DNA of 64,000 nt from an uncultured delta proteobacterium (GTDB taxonomy: Bacteria > Myxococcota_A > UBA9160 > SMWR01). The position numbers and the translations under genes were made by a program. Where the stretch lies: contig CAWHTE010000003.1 in NCBI GenBank assembly GCA_963832165.1, positions 224,001 through 288,000 of the forward strand, given 5' to 3'. Below the pieces are notes generated by a model. That model ran no database searches, was not told the DNA's origin, and saw only the letters and a program-made list of their open reading frames with translations. Positions 39,233-52,211 of the stretch are shown here, piece after piece; the stretch's first letter is position 1; each line of letters starts with the position of its first letter.

Positions 39233-40242
39233 GTGTCGCCCGAGTTCAGCAGCGCAGCGAGGTCGCCCCGGCCGCGCTTGGCGATCGCGGACTGCACCTG
39301 CTGATCGAGCAGCTGGTCGTAGGTAGGCTTCTCGACGGCGCGGAACACGCCGATCGGCAGCGGGAAGTCGGGCCGCTGCAGGCTCGCGAGCGCGAAGGCG
39401 TAGGCAGGGCTCTCGTGCCGCTCGTGGTGGATCGCGATGCCCTTGTTGATCGGGTCCTCGCCCGCGCCCAGGTGGACGATCGACGGGATGCCGTTCTCGA
39501 TCCGGATCCCGCGACGCTGATCGTCTGCGCCCCACACCAGCGGCTGGCCATCCTCGAGATCGAGCGCGGCCTCGATGCGCTGCTTGCGGTCCTCCACCTC
39601 GATCCACTCGTCGTCGTTGTAGACCGGGCAGTTCTGCAGGATCTCGATGAACGCGGTGCCTTTGTGATCGTGGGCGCGGCGCAGCATCTCCTGGAGGTGC
39701 GAGGCGTGCACGTCGATCGTGCGCGCCACGAACGTGGCGCCCGCGCCGAGCGCGAACGCGATCGGATCGATCGGGTGGTCGATCGCGCCGTCAGGCGTCG
39801 ACTTCGTCTTCATCCCGACCCGCGAGGTCGGCGAGTACTGGCCCTTGGTGAGGCCGTAGACGCGGTTGTTGAACAGGAGGATCTGCAGGTCGACGTTGCG
39901 GCGGATCGTGTGGAGCAGATGGTTGCCGCCGATCGAGAGGCCGTCGCCGTCCCCCGTCACCACCCACACCGAGAGCTCGGGCCGGCTGGCCTTGATCCCC
40001 GTGGCGAACGCGGGTGCGCGGCCGTGGATCGTGTGCATGCCGTAGGTGTTCATGTAGTAGGGGAAGCGGCTCGAGCAGCCGATGCCCGACACGAACACGA
40101 AGTTCTCGCGCGGGATCCCGAGCTCGGGCATCACGCGCTGCACGTTGGCGAGGACCGAGTAGTCGCCGCAGCCCGGGCACCAGCGGACGTCCTGATCGGT
40201 TTGGAAGTCCTTGGGGGTGAGGGCCGGAGTCGCCTCTGCCAT
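39214..40242 (-). CDS. korB: 2-oxoacid:ferredoxin oxidoreductase beta subunit
   Basis: WCPGCGD, SGIGCSSR, HTIHGR, GDGD TPP motif, YGLTKGQYSPT. Confidence 0.94.
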   Translation of the reverse strand: MAEATPALTPKDFQTDQDVRWCPGCGDYSVLANVQRVMPELGIPRENFVFVSGIGCSSRFPYYMNTYGMHTIHGRAPAFATGIKASRPELSVWVVTGDGDGLSIGGNHLLHTIRRNVDLQILLFNNRVYGLTKGQYSPTSRVGMKTKSTPDGAIDHPIDPIAFALGAGATFVARTIDVHASHLQEMLRRAHDHKGTAFIEILQNCPVYNDDEWIEVEDRKQRIEAALDLEDGQPLVWGADDQRRGIRIENGIPSIVHLGAGEDPINKGIAIHHERHESPAYAFALASLQRPDFPLPIGVFRAVEKPTYDQLLDQQVQSAIAKRGRGDLAALLNSGDTWTVSD

Positions 40243-42086
40243 CAGTTTCGAGCCTCGCGAGTGCGCAGGAGCTCGTCGATACGGGCGCGGAGCTCCTGCA
40301 CTTTGAAGGGTTGTCCCTGGATCTTCGAGAACGAGTGCGCGGGCACCAGGAACTCCGCGCGCAAAAGCATCGCGAGCTGTCCCGCGTTGAGCTCGGGCAC
40401 GAGCACCTGATCGAACGAGCGCAGCACCTCGCCGAGATTGCTCGGGAACGGGTTCAGGTGGCGCAGATGGATCGCCGACACCGCGAGCCCGTCGGCGCGC
40501 GCCGACTCCACGGCCGACAGGATCGCGCCGTGCGTGCCGCCCCAGCCGACCACGAGCAGATCGCCGCGGTCGTCGCCGGTCACCTCGACCGGCGGCAGCT
40601 CGGCGGCGATCCGCGCGATCTTCTCGTCGCGCAACGCGATCATGCGCGCGTTGTTGATCGGGTCGTACGAGACGTTGCCCGTGTTCTCCTGCTTCGAGAG
40701 CCCGCCGATCCGGTGCTCGAGCCCGGGCGTGCCCGGGATCGCCCACGGCCGCGCGAGCGTCTCGGCATCGCGGAGATAGGGCAGGAAGCCCTCCGGATCG
40801 GTGCGGTAGTGCACGGGTGAGCGGACGAGGCTGTCGAGATCGGGGATCAGCCAGGGCTCGGCGCTGTTGGCGAGATAGGAGTCGGAGAGCACGATGACCG
40901 GCGTCATGTAACGCACGGCGATCCGGAACGCCTCGATCATCGTGTAGAAGCAGTCGCCCGGCGTGCACGGCGCGAGCACGGGGACCGGGCTCTCGCTGTT
41001 GCGCCCGTGCAGCGCGAGCAGCAGATCGCCCTGCTCGATCTTCGTGGGCATGCCGGTCGACGGGCCGGACCTCTGGATGTCGACCACTACGAGCGGGAGC
41101 TCGGTCATCACGGCGAGGCCGAGCGCTTCCTGCTTGAGCACCATGCCCGGGCCGCTCGTCGTGGTGACGGCGAGGTGCCCCGCGAACGACGCGCCGATCG
41201 ACGCGCTGATCGCCGCGATCTCGTCCTCGGCCTGGAACGTCTTCACGCCGAAGTTCCGGAAGCGCGCGACCTCGTGCAGTACGTCGCTCGCGGGCGTGAT
41301 CGGATAGGCGCCCAGGAACACGGGCCGCTCCATCTGCACGCCCGCGGCCACGATCCCCCACGCGAGGGCGGTATTGCCCGTGATGTTGCGGTAGGTACCC
41401 GGTTGGATCTTCGCGCGCGGGATGATGTACGAACGCTTGAACAGCTCGGTGGTCTCGCCGAACGCGTACCCGGCCTTGAGCACGCGGATGTTCGCCTCGA
41501 GCACCTCGCCGCGGAAACGCGACTCGAGCCAGCGCAGCGTCGACTCGATCGGCCTGTTGTAGAGCCAGTACATGAGGCCCAGCGCGAAGAAGTTCTTCGA
41601 GCGGTCGCCCTCGCGCGAGCCGATCGAGAGATCCTTGATCGCCTCGCGATTGAGCGCGGTGATCGGGATCTCGACCAGCTGGTAGCGATCGCGCAGCACG
41701 AGCAGCGGGTCTTCGTCCGACTCGTAGCCCGCGCGCAGCAGCGACTTCTTGTTGAACGCGTCGCTGTTGATGATCACCGTGCCACCGCGGCGCACGTCGT
41801 CGATGTTGGCGCGCAGCGCGGCGGGGTTGAACGCGACGAGCACGTCGGGCTGGTCGGCCGGGGTGCGCACGTCGGTCGCGGAGAAGTGGATCTGGAAGCC
41901 CGAGACGCCCGCGAGCGTTCCAGCCGGGGCACGGATCTCGGCGGGGAAGTCGGGCAGCGTGGAGAGGTCGTTGCCCGCGAGCGCGGTGGACTCGGTGAAC
42001 TTGGTGCCGGTGAGCTGGATGCCGTCACCGGAGTCGCCGCAGAAACGAATTGCCACCCGTTCGATCTGCTCGGTGGGCTTCCCCAT
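40242..42086 (-). CDS. korA: 2-oxoacid:ferredoxin oxidoreductase alpha subunit (gamma-alpha fused)
   Basis: GDSGDGIQ, FPAEIR, YPITPAS, QAEDEI, TSGPG, PELNAGQL. Confidence 0.94.
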   Translation of the reverse strand: MGKPTEQIERVAIRFCGDSGDGIQLTGTKFTESTALAGNDLSTLPDFPAEIRAPAGTLAGVSGFQIHFSATDVRTPADQPDVLVAFNPAALRANIDDVRRGGTVIINSDAFNKKSLLRAGYESDEDPLLVLRDRYQLVEIPITALNREAIKDLSIGSREGDRSKNFFALGLMYWLYNRPIESTLRWLESRFRGEVLEANIRVLKAGYAFGETTELFKRSYIIPRAKIQPGTYRNITGNTALAWGIVAAGVQMERPVFLGAYPITPASDVLHEVARFRNFGVKTFQAEDEIAAISASIGASFAGHLAVTTTSGPGMVLKQEALGLAVMTELPLVVVDIQRSGPSTGMPTKIEQGDLLLALHGRNSESPVPVLAPCTPGDCFYTMIEAFRIAVRYMTPVIVLSDSYLANSAEPWLIPDLDSLVRSPVHYRTDPEGFLPYLRDAETLARPWAIPGTPGLEHRIGGLSKQENTGNVSYDPINNARMIALRDEKIARIAAELPPVEVTGDDRGDLLVVGWGGTHGAILSAVESARADGLAVSAIHLRHLNPFPSNLGEVLRSFDQVLVPELNAGQLAMLLRAEFLVPAHSFSKIQGQPFKVQELRARIDELLRTREARN

Positions 42087-42369
42087 TGTTTCGCTCACCA
42101 CCCCCTTTGGAATGCCCGTGTGGGCCGTGTCGAGTCGGGCGCCGCGAACGGATGGCATCGCGCGCCAGCGCCCGGGTGTACGCTCGGTGTCCCGGATTGC
42201 ACTCGGGACGAATGGAGTGTATCGGGCGCAGAATCGGGCGAAACCCCACAGCCCGATCGGCCGCCGATTCGGGTCGCTCCCAAAAGGCCACTGGCGCCAG
42301 CAACTTCCCAGGGAAGCCTGCATGCGGATGAGGCTCAAGTTACGGCGCTCCGGGCCCGATAGGCCCGGC

Positions 42370-42798
42370 ATGATTGCTCCCGCAGCGGGCCCGCACAGCG
42401 CGACGCTGGAGGGCCTTCACGCCCTGTACGTGTCGCTGAACAGCCCGGTCGTCAGCGTGGATCGGCTGCCGGTCGGCCCCGCGGCGGCCGCGATCGCGGT
42501 GCACGGCACGGGTACCACGCTCTTGATCCGCTCCACGCGCACCGGGACGGTGGTGTTCTTCGCGGCTTCGCCGCGCTTCGGGCTCGAGGCCGCGCTGTCG
42601 CACGCGGAAGGGCTCGGCTTCTTGTTCGACGACGAGGCGAATCTCGCGAGCGGCGAGCGCTCGGCCTGGCCGGCCTGGCTCGCGGAGATCTTCGCGGCGG
42701 AGCCCACCGCGGAACGGGAACTCGAAGATCGCTCGGCATGGCTCAGCAAATTCCGCTGGGCCGCCGGGAGGCCGACGCAGTCGGCCGGCCGCCCGTAG
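42370..42798 (+). CDS. Hypothetical protein
   Basis: Plausible ORF upstream of tgl-like gene (LYVSLNSPVV, AEGLGFLFD, WLSKFR); start uncertain. Confidence 0.55.
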   Translation: MIAPAAGPHSATLEGLHALYVSLNSPVVSVDRLPVGPAAAAIAVHGTGTTLLIRSTRTGTVVFFAASPRFGLEAALSHAEGLGFLFDDEANLASGERSAWPAWLAEIFAAEPTAERELEDRSAWLSKFRWAAGRPTQSAGRP

Positions 42799-42817
42799 CG
42801 CGGCACAGGAGGGGACG

Positions 42818-43606
42818 ATGTGGAAATTCGGAGCGCGTTGGCTGTTGGTGTGGCTCGCTTCGGGCCTCGCGGCGTCGGGACTGGGCTGCGCGTCGCTTTC
42901 GGGCGGCGAGACGTCGGACCAGAACGCACGCAAGGCGGCCTCGCACATCGAGGTCGGCAGCGACCACCTCGCGAACGGCCGCAGCGCGCTCGCGCTGCGC
43001 GAATATCTCGCGGCCGAGAAGCTCGACCCGAAGAACGCTCGCGTGCACTACGCGCTAGCCGACGGCTATCTCGCGCGCGGCAAGACCGCCGATGCGGATC
43101 GGCACGCGCGCCGCGCGGTCGAGCTGTTCCCGGACTACCACGACGCGCGGCTCTTCCTGTCGGCGCTGCTCTTGATCCAGAAGCGCTACGACGAGACGAT
43201 CACCGAGTGCGATCGCCTAATCGACGATCCGACCTACGAGTCGCCCTGGCGCGCGCTCACGAACCGCGCGTGGGCGGAGTACAAGCTCGGCCGCGCGCCG
43301 CAGGCGCGCGAGTCGCTCTCGCTCGCGCGCGAGTACCGGCAGGACTATTGGCCCGCGATGCTCGCGCTCGCGATCGTCGAGGGCGAGACCGGCCGCCGGG
43401 CCGAGGCGATCCGTCTGTACCAGGACATCATCAAGCAGAGTCCCGGCCCCGCGGTGGAGTCCGAGGTGAACTACCGGATCGCCGAGGTCTACGTGGCGAT
43501 GGGCAAGCGCCGCGAGGCGATGGGTCACCTGACCACGTCGGTGGCGCGTGCCCCCGAGAGCCAGTGGGCGAAGAAGTCGCAGGCGTACTTGAAGCGCCTG
43601 CACTAG
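42818..43606 (+). CDS. TPR lipoprotein, Tgl/PilF(PilW)-like pilus secretin-assembly factor
   Basis: Signal peptide with GLGC lipobox; TPRs; DPTY..P..ALTN motif; followed by RodZ-like HTH. Confidence 0.75.
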   Translation: MWKFGARWLLVWLASGLAASGLGCASLSGGETSDQNARKAASHIEVGSDHLANGRSALALREYLAAEKLDPKNARVHYALADGYLARGKTADADRHARRAVELFPDYHDARLFLSALLLIQKRYDETITECDRLIDDPTYESPWRALTNRAWAEYKLGRAPQARESLSLAREYRQDYWPAMLALAIVEGETGRRAEAIRLYQDIIKQSPGPAVESEVNYRIAEVYVAMGKRREAMGHLTTSVARAPESQWAKKSQAYLKRLH

Positions 43607-43618
43607 CTCCACGCTCGG

Positions 43619-44194
43619 GTGTACCCTCGCGGCGTGGCGGATCGATCCGAGCGCGGTGAGGAGGGCGGCGCCCAGGCGCCCGCCGCACCCGATCGGAGCT
43701 CGATCGGCCGCTACCTCGCCTCGCAGCGCAAGCTGCGCGGCATCTCGCTCGACGAACTCGCGGCTCGCACCAAGATCCCGCGCCGAAATCTCGAGCGCCT
43801 CGAGTCGGGCGCCTACGACACCCAGTCGGACGGATTCGTGCGCGGGTTCGTGCGCACGGTCGCGGAGGCACTCGGGCTCGATTCGCACGAGGCCTTGATG
43901 CGGATGGCGGGCGAGCCCGCGGGCGAGGACGAAGAGCAGATCTTGCGACGCCGCGTGCGCGTGGCGGTGCTCGGCGTCGTGGTGGGCGGAATTCTGCTGC
44001 TGCTGTTCGGGTTCGGCCTGCGGCTCGCCACGCGCTGGATCGTGGAGCCCACGGGCGGGCCGCCCGATCACGTGTTCCGGCGCGACGCGGTGCGCTCGCT
44101 CGCCGAGCAGAACGCGCGGGCGCCCGTGGATCGCGCGCGCCGCGGCGATGATTCGGGCGGCTCCGAGCGCGCCGATGATTCCGCGGATCGCTGA
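43619..44194 (+). CDS. RodZ-like HTH protein with single TM, short C-terminus
   Basis: IGRYLASQRKLRGISLDELAARTKI..LESG..FVRGFVRTVAEALGLD then TM. Confidence 0.8.
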   Translation: MYPRGVADRSERGEEGGAQAPAAPDRSSIGRYLASQRKLRGISLDELAARTKIPRRNLERLESGAYDTQSDGFVRGFVRTVAEALGLDSHEALMRMAGEPAGEDEEQILRRRVRVAVLGVVVGGILLLLFGFGLRLATRWIVEPTGGPPDHVFRRDAVRSLAEQNARAPVDRARRGDDSGGSERADDSADR

Positions 44195-44196
44195 CC

Positions 44197-44982
44197 TTGC
44201 CCGTCCCCGCTGCCGAGAACACCCACGCGGTGATCCTGCGCTCGGTCGACGTCGCCGAGTCGGACCGCATCCTGCACCTGCTCGTGCCCGAACACGGCCG
44301 CATCACCGTGGTGGCCAAGGGCGCGCGCCGCAGCACGAAGCGCTTCTCGGGCACGCTCGACCTGTTCAATCACCTGCGCGTGTCGCTGCACCGGCGCCGG
44401 GGCAGCGCGATCCACCGGCTCGATCAGGCGACGCTGGTGCGGCACTACGCGCCGCTGCGCAGCGACGCCGCGCGCTTCGCGCTCGCGTGCTACCTGCTCG
44501 AGCTGCTCGATCGGCTCGCTCCCGAGGGCGGACCGCGACGCGACATGCAGCGCTTGTTTCGCTTTGCGCTCGACTCGTTCGAGGCCGTCTCGACGCACCG
44601 CCCCGACGCCGCGTTGCGCACGATCCTGGAGCTGCGCGCGCTCGACGCGCTCGGGATGCGCCCCGAGCTGCGGCGCTGCATCGGCTGCGGCCGCGAGCTC
44701 GCGGGGGAGCAAAAGGTGGGCTTCCACGTCGCCGACGGCGGACCCGTGTGCGGCGCGTGCGCGGGGCGGCGCACCGGCGTCGTTCCTGTGCACCTCGGAA
44801 CGCTGCGCGCGCTCGATCGCGCGCTCGAGCTCGACGTGAATCACCTCGATCGCCTGATCCTGCCCGCGCGCGCGATCGAGGAGGCGCGTCAGGTGGTGGG
44901 CCGCTTCCAGCGCTTCCACGTCGGCGTCGAGCTGCGCAGCCAGCGATTCCTGGATCGCATGGGCGTCGGAGGCCCCGTATAA
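44197..44982 (+). CDS. recO: DNA repair protein RecO
   Basis: ESDRILHLL..GRITVVAKGARRS, CxxC..CxxC zinc finger. Confidence 0.92.
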   Translation: MPVPAAENTHAVILRSVDVAESDRILHLLVPEHGRITVVAKGARRSTKRFSGTLDLFNHLRVSLHRRRGSAIHRLDQATLVRHYAPLRSDAARFALACYLLELLDRLAPEGGPRRDMQRLFRFALDSFEAVSTHRPDAALRTILELRALDALGMRPELRRCIGCGRELAGEQKVGFHVADGGPVCGACAGRRTGVVPVHLGTLRALDRALELDVNHLDRLILPARAIEEARQVVGRFQRFHVGVELRSQRFLDRMGVGGPV

Positions 44983-44983
44983 T
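44978..44983 (+). promoter_or_regulatory. Possible sigma-70 -10 element upstream of glyRS
   Basis: Perfect TATAAT shortly upstream of the RBS and ATG in a GC-rich context; no good -35. Confidence 0.35.
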
Positions 44984-45007
44984 GCGCACCCGCACGCACG
45001 AGGAGTC

Positions 45008-46350
45008 ATGTCGAGCGAAGAGCCCGCGAAGCGCCGCCGCCTCGAGCGGATGGACGACCTCGTCTCGCTGTGCGCGCGCCGCGGGTTCATCTTCCCGTCC
45101 AGCGAGATCTATGGCGGGATCAACGGCTTCTGGGACTACGGTCCGCTCGGTACCGAGCTCAAGCAGAACCTGAAGGCGCTCTGGTGGCAGCGCGTCGTGC
45201 GCGAGCGGCCCGACGTCGAGGGCATCGACAGCGCGATCATCGCGCACCCGCGCACCTGGGAGGCATCGGGCCACGTCGAGCACTTCAGCGACCCGATGGT
45301 GGACTGCCGCGCCTGCAAGAAGCGCTTCCGCGCCGATCAGCTCGACGACGCGCCCCCGTGCAGCGCGCGCCAGGGCACCTCGCAGCACGACTTCACCGAG
45401 CCGCGCAACTTCAACCTGATGCTGTCGACCCAGATCGGAGCGTCGGAGGAGGGCGCTCAGATCGCCTATCTGCGCGCCGAGACCTGTCAGCCGATCTTCA
45501 ACGACTTCAAGCGCGTGCGCGAGGCGGGGCGCCAGAAGATCCCGTTCGGCATCGCGCAGATCGGCAAGGCGTTCCGCAACGAGATCAATCCGCGCAACTT
45601 CACCTTCCGCTCGCGCGAGTTCGAGCAGGCCGAGCTCGAGTTCTTCGTGCACCCGAGCGAGCGCGAGAAGTGGTTCGAGCACTGGCAGGCCGAGCGCCTC
45701 GCGTTCCACCGCGAGCTCGGCTTCGCCGACGAGCGCCTGCGCACGCGCGCGCACGCGCCCGACGAGCTCGCCCACTACGCGCGTGCCGCGGTCGACGTCG
45801 AGTATCTGTTCCCGTTCGGGTGGCAGGAGATCGAGGGCATCCACGACCGCGGCGATTGGGACCTGTCGCGCCACAGCCAGTACTCGGGCAAGGACCTCGG
45901 CATCACGGATCCCGACACCAAGGAGCATTACATGCCGATGGTGATCGAGACGTCGGTGGGCGTGGACCGCACCTGCCTCGCGCTGCTGTGCGACGCCTAT
46001 GCCGAGGAGGAGCTCGGGCCCGACGACACGCGCGTGGTGATGCGCTTCCCCGCCGCGCTGGCGCCGGTCTCGGTGGCGGTGCTGCCGCTCTCGAAGAAGC
46101 TCGCGGAGCCCGCGCTCGCGCTCGAGCGCGAGCTGCGGCGGCGCTTCAACGTCTTCTACGACGACGCGGGCAACATCGGCCGGCGCTACCGCCGCCAGGA
46201 TGAGGCGGGAACGCCTTTCTGTGTCACGATCGATTTCGAGACCGGCGGGGACGGGCAGGTGACGGTGCGCGAGCGCGATTCGATGAGCCAGGAGCGGATC
46301 GGCATCGCGAGCGTGGGCTCCTACGTGGCCGAGCGGCTGGGCCGCCCGGC

Positions 46351-46354
<4 letters not shown>
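45008..46354 (+). CDS. glyQS: Glycine--tRNA ligase, homodimeric (alpha2) type
   Basis: [45 protein letters not shown] anticodon domain. Confidence 0.95.
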
Positions 46355-49104
<2,750 letters not shown>

Positions 49105-49108
<4 letters not shown>

Positions 49109-49569
49109 GGCGCATCGCGGCCGCGCTGCTCGTCGCGCTCGCCACGGCGTGCGCGGGAGATCCGCCGCCGCTGGCCACCCCGAGCGCGGTGGCCGTCTCA
49201 CCCGAGCTCGCGTTCGGGCTGCGCCGCCGCGCGGAAGGCTTCTATCTCCGGCTCGCCCACCGCCGGTTCGACACGCTCGAGACCTACAACGATTTCATCA
49301 TGCGCGACCACTTTGCGTCGCTCGATCTGTTCTTCGACTACTACGCCGACCTCGCGGAAGATCTCGCGGACGCAGACTTCGAACGCAGCCGCCCGACCGA
49401 CGTCGACGTGCTCGAATTCGCGTTCGAGGATCCGAAGACGGCGCACGTGCTCGTGCGCTTCCACGGCAACGACGGCCGCCCGCTGCGCCCCGGCAGCGTG
49501 GAGCTCGTGCGCACCGATCGCTGGGAGTGGTCGGAGGGCACCTGGTGGGTCCGCCCCGGCAAGCTTTGA
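49105..49569 (+). CDS. Hypothetical lipoprotein
   Basis: GTG overlaps ppdK stop; signal peptide ending LATAC. Confidence 0.7.
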
Positions 49570-49752
49570 TCGGGACCCCAAGGTGCGAAGCGGGTTGCGG
49601 TCCCCCGGGTAACGGCCGTTCACACAAGTGGAAACGATTCTCCTCGGACTCCGAGCCTAACGTCAGGCGGGGCCGGGAGATCTCGATGGTTTCACGAGCT
49701 TGGGCTGGCGCTTAGCAGGCCCTTTGCACATGGGCCCGAACCCGGCCAAACC

Positions 49753-49768
49753 TGGCACGACCGATGCA
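49753..49768 (+). promoter_or_regulatory. Sigma-54 (-24/-12) promoter upstream of the ECF sigma pair
   Basis: TGGCAC-GACCG-ATGCA with correct GG-N10-GC spacing. Confidence 0.7.
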
Positions 49769-49998
49769 GTTACCCAGGCCGGACCTCACGGTCCAACTCT
49801 TGAAAAGTCCACTGTCTTCGCGCAAGTGCCCTAGGAGGATCCGAAGAGCCCCCACCCAGATCGGGAAGCCTTACCGATTCCGATCCCAAAACGGTGCAAC
49901 CCTCGCTCTCCCTCGAGTGGGGTTGGCAAACGAAAGACCGCAGGCTCTTTCCCCCCCGAAGGCCCGCTGCCGAAGACGCACGGAGAAGCGTCTTGTCG

Positions 49999-50577
49999 AT
50001 GTCGCACGAACACCCTTGGTCCAGTGACTCCGAGCTCGTTGCCCAGATCCTCGCCGGCAACAGAGATGCGTTCGAGTTGCTCTATGAAGCCTACTTCCCG
50101 CGCGTCTATCGCTTTGCGATGAAGCGCCTGCGCGACACCGCCGAGGCCGAGGACGTCGCCCAGGAAGTGTTCTTCACCGTGTTCAACGTGCTCGACAGCT
50201 ACGAGGGGCAGGCGCCCCTGATCGTCTGGGTGTTCGGAATCACCCGCAATACGGTGAACCGACGCTTCCGGCGCAAGCGCCTCCCGATCGAGTCGCTCGA
50301 CGCGCCCGAGGCCGCCGAGGTGGCGGGCGCGACCCCGTCGCAGGACCGCACGCTGGACGCGCGCCGGATGTTGCGATTGTGCGAAGCGGCGATCGAGCGC
50401 GATCTCACTCCGCTGCAGCGCCGGATCTTCCACCTGAAGCACCTGCGCCGTCAGTCGATCCGCACGATCGCGAAGGCGCTCGGCAAATCCGAAGACGCGA
50501 TCAAGGCGAACCTGTATCGGATGCGCACGGCGCTCGCGCAGAGCGCGCCCGGCCTCGAGTCGCTGATCGCGCAGTAG
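49999..50577 (+). CDS. ECF sigma-70 factor
   Basis: DSELVAQILAGNRDAFELLY, AEDVAQEVF, WVFGITRN, region 4 IAKALGKSEDAIKANLYR; alternative TTG at 49993. Confidence 0.9.
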   Translation: MSHEHPWSSDSELVAQILAGNRDAFELLYEAYFPRVYRFAMKRLRDTAEAEDVAQEVFFTVFNVLDSYEGQAPLIVWVFGITRNTVNRRFRRKRLPIESLDAPEAAEVAGATPSQDRTLDARRMLRLCEAAIERDLTPLQRRIFHLKHLRRQSIRTIAKALGKSEDAIKANLYRMRTALAQSAPGLESLIAQ

Positions 50578-50717
50578 GCATTCGCCTGCGGCGAATTACC
50601 TACGTTCGAGCTGTTTTTTTGCCACCTATCTGGAATCGGGGCCACCTCCCAGAAGAAGGGCGCGTTTCCCTGGCGCGCCCCGGCTTGGACTGGGAAGGGA
50701 CGACGCGAGGAGTCCGC

Positions 50718-51317
50718 GTGCGCCCCGCACCCGCTCGTACTGCACCTGCCGCCCGATCCGATGCCGAACTGGTCGATGCCATTCGCGCCGGGGAGCAATC
50801 GGCCTTCACCGCGCTCTACGAGCGCTATTTCGATCGCGTCTACCACTTCGCCTACGCGCGCCTGCGGAATCCCGCCGACGCGGAAGAGGTGGCGCAGGAG
50901 ACCTTCGTCGCGGTGTTTCGATCGATCGACGCCTTCGTGGGCCGGTCGGCGCTGTTGTCGTGGATCTACGGCATCGCGAAGAACACCGTCAACAACCACC
51001 TGCGGCGCTGTCGGGCCCAGGAGCTGCGAATCGAGCGGGCCGAGGCGGAGCTCGTGCGCAATGCGCACAGCTTCGAAGCCTGCTCTCCGGAAGAGCACGT
51101 GAACTATCGGCGCTGCGCCGACGCAGCGCTGAAGAGCCTCGAGCAGGTTTCGGGGTGGCAGGCCGAGGTGTTCGCGCTGCGCCACTTCGAGAACCTTCCG
51201 ATCCAGGACATCGCGGACCGGATGTCGCGTTCGAACGACGCGATCCGCTCCAGCCTCTTCCGCGTCAAGCGGCTGATCGTCGAGGCGGTCGGCTCCGAGT
51301 ACGCATGTCCTGACTGA
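50718..51317 (+). CDS. ECF sigma-70 factor (paralog of upstream ECF)
   Basis: DAELVDAIRAGEQSAFTALY, AEEVAQETF, WIYGIAKN, IADRMSRSNDAIRSSLFR; GTG after GAGGAG. Confidence 0.9.
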   Translation: MRPAPARTAPAARSDAELVDAIRAGEQSAFTALYERYFDRVYHFAYARLRNPADAEEVAQETFVAVFRSIDAFVGRSALLSWIYGIAKNTVNNHLRRCRAQELRIERAEAELVRNAHSFEACSPEEHVNYRRCADAALKSLEQVSGWQAEVFALRHFENLPIQDIADRMSRSNDAIRSSLFRVKRLIVEAVGSEYACPD

Positions 51318-51412
51318 GGGATTGCCGAGGGGTGATCGGTTTGGGGGGCGGTTTGCAAGTGAGGCGGCGGCGGAGAACACGCCGGGTCGAACGAGACGCA
51401 GGGATCAGGCAG

Positions 51413-51601
51413 ATGCAGGAAAAGCTGAAGATGGGGGACGACGGCGTCCTGAGCGATTTCTCGATCGACGAGCTGCGCGAGTTTCTCGAAGCGGATCTCG
51501 TCGACGTGAAGGTCGACCCCGAGTTCAAGGAGCGCCTGCGCAAGGAGCTCTGGGATCTCGTGCAGGAGCGCGCTCGAGGCCAGCGCGGCGGAGCGAACTA
51601 G
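51413..51601 (+). CDS. Small soluble hypothetical protein (possible anti-sigma or sigma partner)
   Basis: 62 aa, charged helical DELREFLEAD..DPEFKERLRKELW, directly after the ECF genes. Confidence 0.65.
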   Translation: MQEKLKMGDDGVLSDFSIDELREFLEADLVDVKVDPEFKERLRKELWDLVQERARGQRGGAN

Positions 51602-52209
51602 CTCCGGCCCGGTCCGTTCACAGCGTTCGATTTGGGCGGCGCGGGTGCGTCCGACAGCGGTCGCAGCGCCAGCCGGCCGACGTAGTGGCGGAACGTATCG
51701 AGGGTGAGTCGCGCATCTGCCATCGCGCGGTGCGGCACGGCCCCGTTGATCAAGCCCGCGTTGAGCGCGGCCTGGCGCAGCGAGAGCGCCGCGACGGGTT
51801 CGCCCGCGACCAGCGACCAGGTGTAGAAGAGCGTCGCGAGGTCGATCACGTGATAGTCGAACGGATAGGCGCGCGCGCACGAGCGGTAGGCGCGCTCGAG
51901 GAACGCGACGTCCATGCGCACGTTCTGGCCCGCGGGCACGACCGTCTTCCCGGGCGGCAAGAGCGCATCCATCGAGGCCAGCACCTCGCGCAGGTGCGGC
52001 GCACCCTGCCAGTCCTCGATCCGATAGCCGCTGATCTCGGCGGCTTCAGGCGTGATCCGGTGCGGCCTCGCGGCAATCTTCCACTCACCCGCGACGAGCT
52101 CGTCGAGCCGATAGTCGGTGAGGATCAGCGCGACCTCGGTGATGTCGTGCTGCTCCGGGTCGAGGCCCCCGAACTCACAGTCCATGAACGCGAACGCGAA
52201 GTCGGCCAG
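51598..52209 (-). CDS. DEDDh 3'-5' exonuclease (DnaQ/oligoribonuclease-like); CTG start inferred
   Basis: FAFMDCEFGGL (ExoI), GQNVRMD (ExoII), HRAMADA (ExoIII); alternative ATG at 52185 would truncate the ExoI strand. Confidence 0.82.
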   Translation of the reverse strand: MADFAFAFMDCEFGGLDPEQHDITEVALILTDYRLDELVAGEWKIAARPHRITPEAAEISGYRIEDWQGAPHLREVLASMDALLPPGKTVVPAGQNVRMDVAFLERAYRSCARAYPFDYHVIDLATLFYTWSLVAGEPVAALSLRQAALNAGLINGAVPHRAMADARLTLDTFRHYVGRLALRPLSDAPAPPKSNAVNGPGRS

Positions 52210-52211
52210 AG

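Noticed and set aside
49925..49945. GGCAAAC..GAAA as a c-di-GMP-I riboswitch
   Set aside because: The remaining conserved elements (P2 stem and tetraloop receptor arm) are not recognisable.
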